A program made the position numbers and the translations under genes. From Gemmatimonadales bacterium (GTDB taxonomy: Bacteria; Gemmatimonadota; Glassbacteria; GWA2-58-10): a stretch of DNA of 64,000 nucleotides. The notes below the pieces were generated by a model, which was not told the DNA's origin, made no database searches, and saw only the letters and a list, made by a program, of their open reading frames with translations. This document shows, piece by piece, positions 29,801 through 37,312 of this stretch. The stretch lies in NCBI GenBank assembly GCA_024278175.1, contig JAJRTS010000101.1:25950-89949 (forward strand). Direction: 5' to 3'. Numbering within the stretch: the first letter of the stretch is position 1; each line of letters starts with the position of its first letter.

Positions 29801-31086
29801 TGGGCGGAATCCGGGTTGAGCATTTGCACGGTATCGGCGAACACGCCGCCGTTGACGCCGTAGACCAGGTCGAGCTTCATCCAGAAATTATCCACGGCGC
29901 GGGCGGTGATCTGATAGGGGCCCGCCGTGTTTTTGGTGTTGTCGTAGATGGTGGTGAAATAGATAAACGGGGCCACCGTGTCCTCGGCCGGGTCCGCGAC
30001 AATCTCGGAGACAAACCGCACCGTGACCAGCGAGTCGAGGGGCACGTGGTCCAGCGTATCCGGGCTGGTTATGTTATAAGCCCTGATCGTTTTAATTTCC
30101 GCCACGGTGGAATAGACAAGGCCCCAGGTGCGGCCGTTGCGGTCCGTGGGAGTTTGCGGCTGCAAAATCGTCACTCCGCGTTCGTTACTCACCCGCAGTT
30201 CCAAAGTAACGTTGGGCAGCGGATCGTTGTCCTCGTCGAGCACGGTCACATTTACCACCGAGGCGCTTCTGCCGTTACTGATAACCGGGCCGGTGGCCCT
30301 GATGCGTCCGTTGCGGGTCTGGATCCGATTGTCAACCACCTCGTAGGGTTGCAGTATCTGGTACTCACCGAGATCGTTAACGGCAAAGGTGAGCAGGACG
30401 CTGTCGGTTTTTACCTTGCCGGTGCTCTGGCTGAGTATTTCGAGAAACAGCCAGGTGCTGCCCGGATAATAGGGCGACTCCCCGCCGCTGTAGCGGCGGT
30501 AGTTGCTCATGTTAATATTGAACCCGCCATCTGCATTTGTCAGCACCGCCTGCCACATGGTGCTGTCCACAAGGGTTCCGCTGGTCACCTGGCGGGTCCA
30601 GCGGTAGAAAGAGCGCACGATCACGTTGCGCAGCGGCTCGCGGCTCTTGGCGTCGATCACGCTGCCCTGGATAATCCCCTTGCCGGAAACCAGAATCTGC
30701 TGCCTGGTGATAACCGAATCGTAACCGACGGCACTGACGGCACCGTCCACGTCTTCGGAACTGACCACGTAATAATAGGTTTTGTTAAGATCGAGAAGGC
30801 CGGTCTCGACATAGTGGATCTGGCTTGGCGGCGCCAGGACGTCCTCCTTGATCTGTGTCATCTCCCCGGGGTCCAGGCCAAGCTTAAGCACGTTATCGGT
30901 GGTGGGCTGATTTGTGCGCCAGGTTACCGCGAAATTGTTGCCGCGCAGGTTGCAGATCCTGATATCAGACACCGTCAGCGGCTCATTACTTCCCTGAGCC
31001 ACGGCGGTCCCGGCCAGATTCATTAACAGCCAGAGCAAACCGGGAAGCAGCGAGCAAACTTTCTTGATTGTCGTAGCGGACATCAT
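26869..31086 (-). CDS. 1405-aa secreted FG-GAP/VCBS beta-propeller protein with T9SS-type C-terminal sorting domain
   Basis: Signal peptide and N-terminal Fn3-like plus carboxypeptidase-regulatory-like modules. Seven FG-GAP repeats (VADFDEDGYLDVVVAN, VADVNADDYLDLIFAN, TADFDGDGDMDLYVAN, AADVDNDEDPDVVVIN, MADVDGDNDLDLVVGQ, LFDANTDGYMDLLYLN, VADFNNDNRVDIFIAE). C-terminus LGQNSPNPFNPSTFITF...SGVYFYRM...RKMVLLR. Confidence 0.85.
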   Translation of the reverse strand: MMSATTIKKVCSLLPGLLWLLMNLAGTAVAQGSNEPLTVSDIRICNLRGNNFAVTWRTNQPTTDNVLKLGLDPGEMTQIKEDVLAPPSQIHYVETGLLDLNKTYYYVVSSEDVDGAVSAVGYDSVITRQQILVSGKGIIQGSVIDAKSREPLRNVIVRSFYRWTRQVTSGTLVDSTMWQAVLTNADGGFNINMSNYRRYSGGESPYYPGSTWLFLEILSQSTGKVKTDSVLLTFAVNDLGEYQILQPYEVVDNRIQTRNGRIRATGPVISNGRSASVVNVTVLDEDNDPLPNVTLELRVSNERGVTILQPQTPTDRNGRTWGLVYSTVAEIKTIRAYNITSPDTLDHVPLDSLVTVRFVSEIVADPAEDTVAPFIYFTTIYDNTKNTAGPYQITARAVDNFWMKLDLVYGVNGGVFADTVQMLNPDSAQLYTGGIPGQSFNTLVSYLVLAAYSSGHRASKPDSIHLGGPSIGPYIFEVLENPEDLIPKMGITLTTDATTTTNGVLPVRINTWILSNEAINSVVVKYRNAAVTTTYSSLKMDSFGAHYWAEIPAHGVGSRIEYFIQVTDVKGNVERDRRRAPNFGSSYSYEVVSPGALGSVSFVDTTAQLGNPAANPSRASVVADFDEDGYLDVVVANYGDINKAYYYNQVLGFEDVTSTVLSGQGRDNTTHVAVADVNADDYLDLIFANDGDQNRLLINNARGRFNDMTFEFFAGTERTYLPADDWGTTCIVTADFDGDGDMDLYVANGKIGGEANRLLFNNGQGVFFDSSDIKLVNEPQLQSVWAIAADVDNDEDPDVVVINRAGEHYWMRNRGRGVMEYRALSAGSSPNARAGDMADVDGDNDLDLVVGQSDFTQNELYLNNGSGIFTRDAGGRLPAESDETYGVKLFDANTDGYMDLLYLNRGQNNRLLINDRGFFREPAAGLMPAWSSNSRHASVADFNNDNRVDIFIAEEQRKNTMLFSRNYDPNAADLPSQFNLLAPADKDTVNTTSLTFAWNASVSQDSSETLKYDFLLSLDSLFSTSSLVASKDNLADTTLTVGPLNDNTRYWWKVFVRGNSGYPVSSVQTNSFVLLSTYQGQGPEFFVLINRNPVFSGHVTAYIIASEPLLTNPTVAFNNEQVAAVSVSGGTIFRAHYLTRSSFLLTVSGLNLSGVLGEYSKTYSSTLASAILASRAVTPDRRAWIELPASSDRLRLLASTNKLLPEGKLKEAISALDGAIDCDLRSMAGVESFTFTAMEGGVGRGARIFIDGAGTADPATMAICRLKQRGWQALPTVFDPETGLFSASVEQEGTFALLSFGPGSSQLPRVGKFSLGQNSPNPFNPSTFITFAVPGDEPVEGFSLKVFNIRGQVVGTLLRGAVQPGKHTVQWAGKADNGRDLPSGVYFYRMSAPGISITRKMVLLR

Positions 31087-31116
31087 ACAGCCCCTTCCGG
31101 GGAGGAATTTACCGGT

Positions 31117-32007
31117 TCAACTGCTGGCCAATGCAGTCGGACGAAGTTTTTTCAGTAGCGCCAGCAGATCAAAAATGTCTATCTTGCCGCTGGCGTCCAC
31201 ATCCGCGGCGGCGCCCATACGTGGGTCGGGGGTTATCTTGCCGCCGATAATTTTCAGGATCTCGAGCACGTCGAAAATATTCAGCGCTCCGCTGTCGTCC
31301 ACGTCTCCCGGCTCGGAGGCATTGGGATCGATCACCCGGATCGAGCGGGTACCGAGAACCGTTGCCGCCACGGGTTTATCAAGACTGTCCAGCACACTTG
31401 TCCAGTAATTGGGCGTCATCTCGACAAACAGCAGGTCCTCGCCGTTACTGATGAACAAACTCGTGCCCGCGTTGTTGTACATCATGCCGATATTGCCGTT
31501 CCATTTACCATCCGGTTTGCTCAACACCACTCTTGGTTGCGACGCGCCCTCTTCCACGTTGTAAAGCCAGTACTTTACCAGGCAGCGATCGAGCGGGTTG
31601 CCCCAACTGTCCTCGAGAGCGCCGAAAAGGGCCAAGGTGTTGCCCGGTTTGGCAACCCCGAGGGTGCTGAATTTATAGCCACCGCCATCGTTATCGAACT
31701 GTACGCCGGCTGAAATGATTTTGAAGGAGTATTCGGTTGACGGCTCCAGGCCGGAAAGCTGGACGAAGTGAGCGTAGGTCTCGCCCGCATAGCTGTCAGC
31801 CACCTGCCAGCTGGAATCCGGCGAGGTGATCTCAACCAGATTGCCGGTGGTAAGCTGATCGGTGGTCCAACTGATCGTGGCCGTGGACATGCTGAGATCC
31901 GCTACCTGCATTGCGCCCATCTGCAACGCTTCCTGCTGAGCATTCGACCGGGTTGTGAACATGCAGGTGGCGGCAACGAGCAGCGCCGTTAAGATGGTTT
32001 TATTCAT
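31117..32007 (-). CDS. secreted Fn3-like/carboxypeptidase-regulatory-like protein ending in a type-I dockerin
   Basis: Signal peptide MNKTILTALLVAATCMFTTRSNA (ATG 32007 preceded by GGAG). Duplicated Ca-binding dockerin segments GDVDDSGALNIFDVLEILKII and ADVDASGKIDIFDLLALLKKL. Confidence 0.8.
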   Translation of the reverse strand: MNKTILTALLVAATCMFTTRSNAQQEALQMGAMQVADLSMSTATISWTTDQLTTGNLVEITSPDSSWQVADSYAGETYAHFVQLSGLEPSTEYSFKIISAGVQFDNDGGGYKFSTLGVAKPGNTLALFGALEDSWGNPLDRCLVKYWLYNVEEGASQPRVVLSKPDGKWNGNIGMMYNNAGTSLFISNGEDLLFVEMTPNYWTSVLDSLDKPVAATVLGTRSIRVIDPNASEPGDVDDSGALNIFDVLEILKIIGGKITPDPRMGAAADVDASGKIDIFDLLALLKKLRPTALASS

Positions 32008-32257
32008 TTCCCGCACTCCGCTTTGCGTTATCGGTTTCGATGATTTAATCCTGCCTGTTGCTATGCAATATGTATACCACGAACCAACTGCTTTTGCTCC
32101 CATTGGTCTCAAGGGCTTTAAGACTTCTTACACTTTTGCCCAGGGCCATATTTTCCTAGCCGGACGGCAGTATTTCCTCCCCAAAGCAGCGGCAGGGGCG
32201 AGGGGGCGGTTTTCCGGCCCGTGTACGGCAGATTTTACCTCCCGGCCATGGAAGCGC

Positions 32258-32296
32258 AAAAACGCAAGGGCGCCCCGCCGATTGGCGGGGCGCCCT
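32258..32296 (-). terminator. rho-independent terminator after the 1497-aa gene
   Basis: Perfect 13-bp stem agggcgccccgcc (32267-32279) / ggcggggcgccct (32284-32296), loop gatt. The minus strand continues TGCGTTTTTGCG. Confidence 0.7.
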
Positions 32297-32345
32297 CTGC
32301 GCGCGACGCAAGACTTCAGGCTAATCCCCCATTATCCAGCCGAGA

Positions 32346-35300
32346 TCATTTTAGAATGACCATCTTGCGTGTTGCATTGAACCGCGGCGTATTCAGTCTG
32401 TAGAAGTAAACCCCGCTCGACACTCTGCGTCCCGCGCGGTCGGTGCCGTCCCACTGGACCGCGTAGTCACCCGGTTCGAGTGAGCGGTTGATCAGCACCG
32501 CCACTTCCTGTCCACGGAGGTTGAACACCGTCAGCCGGGCCTTGACCGCATTCTCGCCCTCTGGGACGCTGAACTTGATCGTGGTCGAGGGGTTGAACGG
32601 GTTGGGGTAGTTCTGGGCCAGACTGAACGCCCTCGGGAGGCTGGGGCCCACCGGGTTGCTGCTGCCGTTGATATCGGTATCCGTATCGTCGGTTATCAGG
32701 TTGCCGGCCACGTTGAACGGGCTGGAAGCGCCAATTCTGGAGCTGAAACTGCTGTTCCAGCCGTTGCCCAGCGCGCTCATCCTGATCTCGTCACCCTGTT
32801 TCCACTGATAGACCTCACCGCTGGTGAGATCCTTGAGGTTGGCCAGGTTTACCATCCAGTTACCGTCTTTGTCCGTAACCACGCTGAGGATGCCGCTCTC
32901 ACCCTGGTCGCCGGCCACCCGCACTGTAACGGTCACGCTGGTCAGCGGCTCTCCGGATGTATCCACCAGCCGGCCGTAGAGGATATAGGGCTTCATCCCG
33001 GCCCCCACCTGGGCAGCGGTGAAAGTGCCGCCAAGGGTTTCAGCCGCTCCCTCGATCCGCCAACGGTACTGTTCGCCCGGCTTGAGTCCGGTCACCTGGG
33101 CGTAACTCAACTGACTTTCAGCTGTGGAGTTGAATATCCGGACGCTGCCGTCGGAGAGCGCCGTGAGAACCAGCCTGCCGGCCGAGGCGCTGCCAGTGGC
33201 CCAGGTAAGCGTGGCCGCGCTGCTGGAGAGATTGCTCAGCGCGGCGAACGCGGAACTCTGGCCGCCGGCCGTGGGTTCAATCACGATTGAAGCCGGTGTG
33301 GCGCCGGAAACAGTCGCACTGGCTACAGAAGCCAGCAGTACGCCGGGGCCGTTAGGATTCCAACTGCTCACGGAGTCCACCTTGAAAATGTAGCCTTCCC
33401 CGACTCCAAGGTCGAAATTGGTCCCCAGGGCACCGCTGCCGTCGCGCACATAATCCACGTACATCTGGGTCAGCGAGTTGAAACGGTGGATCGCGCTCAC
33501 CTCGGGAATATTGGCCAGAATCTGGCTGGCATCCCAGGAGTAAAACAGATTGTTATCCATCCCCGGCATGGTAACGAAATAGAGGCCGGCGCCCGCGAAA
33601 GTGACCACAGGCAGGGAATCGGAATAAACCCGGCCGGTCAGCTTGAGGTCGGTTTGACTGCTCACCTTGACAAAATAGCTTTGCTGGGCTTCGATAGCAA
33701 AATCGTCGGCGCCGATATAGCTACCCTCGATTGAACGGGCAATCGTTTCCTGGCTGCCGGTGGCGGTAACGTAGCGGGTAATCGACGGAGCGCCTCCCTC
33801 GATCTTATCCAGCAACTCGATAGCCGTGCTGATCTGGTTCTTGAGCAGCTTGACCGGCATTCCGATCAGGTTCAGACCGGTTTTGAGGTCCAGCGTGTAC
33901 TCTGCCAACGGCAGCAGCTTGAGCGCACGGATCGTCATCGGGTTGACCGCCGTGGCCGCCCTCAGAGTGTCGTACTGCTCGAAGCCCATTTCCGCACCAT
34001 CGATCTCGAAGAGCATATAATCGCCCTCGGCATGGGAGAAATTGGTCCCGTCCGCGTTCTTCAGATTGGCCAGGCCGAGTACCCACGAACTGTCGGATCC
34101 GACCGTGGTCGTCAGCGGCAGCGAGGTGTCCGACACGCTGGCGGCACTGACCATCTTCAACGTGACAGTTGCGCCCTCGGCTGCGCCGCCCGAGTAGTAA
34201 ACATCACCGGTAACGCTGTACAACTCGCCGCTGCCTGCGTTCGAGGGCAAAGTGCGCATCCGGAATGCCGACAGATTGCTGTTCTTGCTGACATCGCTCA
34301 GGTTGATTTTTGCCGGTTGGTACGGGCCGTTCTGGTTACTGAGCGTATCGGCGATATAGACTCCGTTCGCGGTAGCGATAAAAAACCGGTAGAGAGTTCC
34401 GGGAGAAAGGTTGTCCAGTTGGACCACGTGCACGCCGTCCCCGACAGCTGTCTCGTCTTTAAACACCTGCACGGTGCTCGTCAGGCTGGACATCCCGCCG
34501 TTGTACTCGACAAACACGGGGACGCTCCAACTGCTGCCGCCGGGATGGATGTCGAGCGTATCGCTCTGGGCTGCCACGACCACGCTGTCGGCTCCGGTGT
34601 AGTTGGAGCGGTAACGAATTATCGCGCTGGTGGCGGTGAGACTTGTGATCTCAAGGCTCTCGACACCGGCGGAGTCAACAATGACCACGAACGGATAGGT
34701 ATCGAAACCGCCGTAGATCGCGCTGCGCACGATGATTGTGTCGGGCACCAGATAACTCCGGGTGCTGTCCAGCGTGGAAGCCGGTACATTGGCCGGCACC
34801 GAGGCGACAATCTTGGTCTTGGACCACGAGATAATATTCGCATCGATATTCTGACGGACCCCGTTGGTGGTGGCATAGAATTGAACGCGGCTGGTGTCCT
34901 CGGCTCCCTGGTCGTAGAGCCCGAACCCGCTTCCGGTAATCACGAACTCAGTATTGATCGAACCGATCGCCGGCTCCACACTGCTGATCGTGGGCGCGGG
35001 GGCAACCCGGAACTTGATCGGGTTCGCTGTCGCTTTAGGATTAAGCGTGTCGGCATCGGTTGCCGTAATAGTCCAACTGTAAGTTACCGTATCCGACTCC
35101 GAGGGCAGCCACACGTTCAGGCCGGTGGTGGAGTTCAGGGTACCGGGATGATTTCCGCTGGCGGAAAAGACCAGGGGATAGCCCACGGAATCAGCGACCA
35201 GGAAATCCGGATCGTAAACGTAGGACGTAAAATAAGTGCTGTCGGTCTGGTTATTGTTCACCGTAATCGCATCTACCGGCTGGACGCTGTCCGGATCGAC

Positions 35301-36839
35301 CGTTTCCGGCGTGAAACTGTAGGCCAGGGCGCTGTCGCTGGGCACACTGGTGGTATCGAGATCCCAGATCGGCGAACGGTTGGTGTTGCGAACTTTCAAC
35401 GCCATGGTATCGGCCACTATCGAAGTACCGTCACTGACCATCACGATCAGCGTATCCGCTTTCTCGGCGGTGGTGGCCAGACTGTAAGGCAACTGGAGCT
35501 TGATCCGGTAGCTGGTGGCAGTGCCGCCCGAGGTTGTGCTCACCGTATCGGCGACCAGCGTATCAACGGTTCCGCTCCTGGCGATAAACTGGTTAAATCC
35601 CGCCAGGTTGCCCGAAGTCGTGCCGCCCTTGGCCACGCCACTAAGACTGTCGCTCCAGAACATGCCGAAAGCGATAATATCGTTGACCTCGCCCTGTGCA
35701 CTGTCCTGGTCGGAAGCATAATAAGTAATGATTACGCTGTCACCCTCGTGAACGCTGAAAATGCTGTCGGTGGCTCCACCGAATTTATACGTTTTGGTTG
35801 TCTGCTGACCCAACGAATCGATCATCAGGATCGTGCGCTTCGTAAACGCCGGCGGCGGATTGGGCAGCGAATCGTTAACCAGGATGAACAGGCTGTCCAT
35901 GCCCTCGTTGTTGCCCTGGTTGGAATCGTCGATAGCCTTGAAATAGATAACGTAGAGACTATCCTTCAATTCACCGTAACCCGGCCCCACGCTGGCCTCG
36001 TTGCCGACCGTGGTTTCGCTGGCAGTGTTTCCGTTGGAAATGTTGGCGTCGACAAACCAGTAACCGCCGTACTGCGAGTCATCGGTGCCGCCATCGCCCT
36101 GCACGAAACTCGGCACCCAGCGGAACAGGCCGGTGGTAGTAAAAGTGGCGCCGGCGGGCTTGTTCACTATCTCGTAGCGCAGGATATCGTCATCGCGCAG
36201 GTTCCCGGGGATTCCATCGCCATCCTGACTTTTGAACTTGGAGCCGGGATACGTGCCATCTGTCGCCCCCGAAACCTCTCCACCGACCATCTGGTTATTG
36301 GGATCGATAAAACCGGTTATCTGGATCTCGAGCGTATCACCCTCGTTGATAGCGATAAAGCCGTTGGCACCCTGGTAATCCGGATATGTTGCGGTACTGC
36401 CGCCCAGATCGTCCGCATCAAAGCTGTATCCCGAGGGGGTCCATGACCCCAGACTGACAACAATTGCCCGCCCCGCGGTAGGATACGCCGGATCCGCGCC
36501 GGACTCGGTTCCACCCAGGGTCAGGCGGCTGGCGGTTTTGTTTCCGCGGGCTTTACGGGTTGTCTCGATGTTTCCGCCTACCTGGTAACCGTTGAAGCCC
36601 CGCGCGTTGTCATCACCGGTATAGGCAAAATCACCACCGTAGAAAACGGTTTTGTTGGAATCGGCGGACGATCCGCCGTAATCTGTATTTATCAGCGAGG
36701 CCGCGTTTCCGTCGTTCGGGGAAATAATCGAGAACGTGGTGGGAACCGGCGCGGTATTCTGGGCCTGCAAGGCAGTAGCCCAGAGGATGGCGGTAATGGC
36801 GATCACGGAAGCGATCACCTGTCGGAATCGAAGCAGCAT
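32346..36839 (-). CDS. 1497-aa secreted multidomain surface protein (cadherin-like/He_PIG-like, IPT/TIG, Fn3-like, carboxypeptidase-regulatory-like) with T9SS-type C-terminal domain
   Basis: Signal peptide ending ALQAQNTAPVPTTF. Cadherin-type linker-like motifs LFILVNDSLPNPPPAFT and VRNTNRSPIWDLD; IPT-like EFVITGSGFGLYD; Fn3-like ATLTWATGS...VTGLKPGEQYRWRI. C-terminus LAQNYPNPFNPSTTIKF...SGVYFYRL...RKMVILK. Confidence 0.85.
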   Translation of the reverse strand: MLLRFRQVIASVIAITAILWATALQAQNTAPVPTTFSIISPNDGNAASLINTDYGGSSADSNKTVFYGGDFAYTGDDNARGFNGYQVGGNIETTRKARGNKTASRLTLGGTESGADPAYPTAGRAIVVSLGSWTPSGYSFDADDLGGSTATYPDYQGANGFIAINEGDTLEIQITGFIDPNNQMVGGEVSGATDGTYPGSKFKSQDGDGIPGNLRDDDILRYEIVNKPAGATFTTTGLFRWVPSFVQGDGGTDDSQYGGYWFVDANISNGNTASETTVGNEASVGPGYGELKDSLYVIYFKAIDDSNQGNNEGMDSLFILVNDSLPNPPPAFTKRTILMIDSLGQQTTKTYKFGGATDSIFSVHEGDSVIITYYASDQDSAQGEVNDIIAFGMFWSDSLSGVAKGGTTSGNLAGFNQFIARSGTVDTLVADTVSTTSGGTATSYRIKLQLPYSLATTAEKADTLIVMVSDGTSIVADTMALKVRNTNRSPIWDLDTTSVPSDSALAYSFTPETVDPDSVQPVDAITVNNNQTDSTYFTSYVYDPDFLVADSVGYPLVFSASGNHPGTLNSTTGLNVWLPSESDTVTYSWTITATDADTLNPKATANPIKFRVAPAPTISSVEPAIGSINTEFVITGSGFGLYDQGAEDTSRVQFYATTNGVRQNIDANIISWSKTKIVASVPANVPASTLDSTRSYLVPDTIIVRSAIYGGFDTYPFVVIVDSAGVESLEITSLTATSAIIRYRSNYTGADSVVVAAQSDTLDIHPGGSSWSVPVFVEYNGGMSSLTSTVQVFKDETAVGDGVHVVQLDNLSPGTLYRFFIATANGVYIADTLSNQNGPYQPAKINLSDVSKNSNLSAFRMRTLPSNAGSGELYSVTGDVYYSGGAAEGATVTLKMVSAASVSDTSLPLTTTVGSDSSWVLGLANLKNADGTNFSHAEGDYMLFEIDGAEMGFEQYDTLRAATAVNPMTIRALKLLPLAEYTLDLKTGLNLIGMPVKLLKNQISTAIELLDKIEGGAPSITRYVTATGSQETIARSIEGSYIGADDFAIEAQQSYFVKVSSQTDLKLTGRVYSDSLPVVTFAGAGLYFVTMPGMDNNLFYSWDASQILANIPEVSAIHRFNSLTQMYVDYVRDGSGALGTNFDLGVGEGYIFKVDSVSSWNPNGPGVLLASVASATVSGATPASIVIEPTAGGQSSAFAALSNLSSSAATLTWATGSASAGRLVLTALSDGSVRIFNSTAESQLSYAQVTGLKPGEQYRWRIEGAAETLGGTFTAAQVGAGMKPYILYGRLVDTSGEPLTSVTVTVRVAGDQGESGILSVVTDKDGNWMVNLANLKDLTSGEVYQWKQGDEIRMSALGNGWNSSFSSRIGASSPFNVAGNLITDDTDTDINGSSNPVGPSLPRAFSLAQNYPNPFNPSTTIKFSVPEGENAVKARLTVFNLRGQEVAVLINRSLEPGDYAVQWDGTDRAGRRVSSGVYFYRLNTPRFNATRKMVILK

Positions 36840-37066
36840 GGCTCACTCCTTGAGTATGGTGGTTCACTCCATATAAACCAGTAGTTTATTATTTTCTTTG
36901 AATCTTTACTCTCTTTGGATGTTAGTTCTCCGCAGCGTCAGTAAGGCAACATGTGTGCCAGCAATCGCCACCGACAGGTTACACCTTATATTTCATAGCG
37001 TTACAAATGCACGATAAAGTAATAAGCGAAAAAAAAGCGCAGAGAAGGCATTTTTTTCCGGTAATC

Positions 37067-37086
37067 ATTATATTTTTAACTGAGTA
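37067..37086 (-). promoter_or_regulatory. candidate -10 region (TATAAT) for the 1497-aa gene
   Basis: The minus strand reads GTTAAAAATATAATG (TATAAT at 37072-37067), 228 nt upstream of the ATG. The same TTAA.AAA..TATAATG context occurs upstream of the paralog. No convincing -35. Confidence 0.35.
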
Positions 37087-37246
37087 TTGGGCATTTTTTC
37101 CGAAACAATAACAGCCGCCTGATCCGGCGTTACAGTTCCTGATTTTATCGGCGATCAATTGGCTGAAATAAAAGTGGAGGGGAGGCAGGAAATGCCGCTT
37201 ACGGCGGGGGAAAAACCCGGACTCGCTCGAGGGATATTCTCGGCAT

Positions 37247-37280
37247 AAAAAAAGCCGGCCGGGGCAATGCCCCGGCCGGC
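37247..37280 (-). terminator. rho-independent terminator after the 1528-aa gene
   Basis: 11-bp GC stem gccggccgggg (37254-37264) / ccccggccggc (37270-37280), followed on the minus strand by seven T (37253-37247). Lies 33 nt after the stop codon. Confidence 0.8.
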
Positions 37281-37312
37281 TTTCAGCTATCGTGCAGCTT
37301 GCAGTCAGGCGC

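Noticed and set aside
28279-31026. 915-aa plus-strand ORF; similar long plus-strand ORFs at 34032-36446, 57872-59962, 17023-18312, 18252-19463, 24165-25184, 38120-39520, 55677-56804, 52013-53119 and 141-1295.
   Set aside because: All are antisense to minus-strand genes with clear family motifs. Their translations are Arg/Gly/His/Val-rich low-information sequence, typical of open antisense frames in GC-rich DNA. No motifs were recognised.
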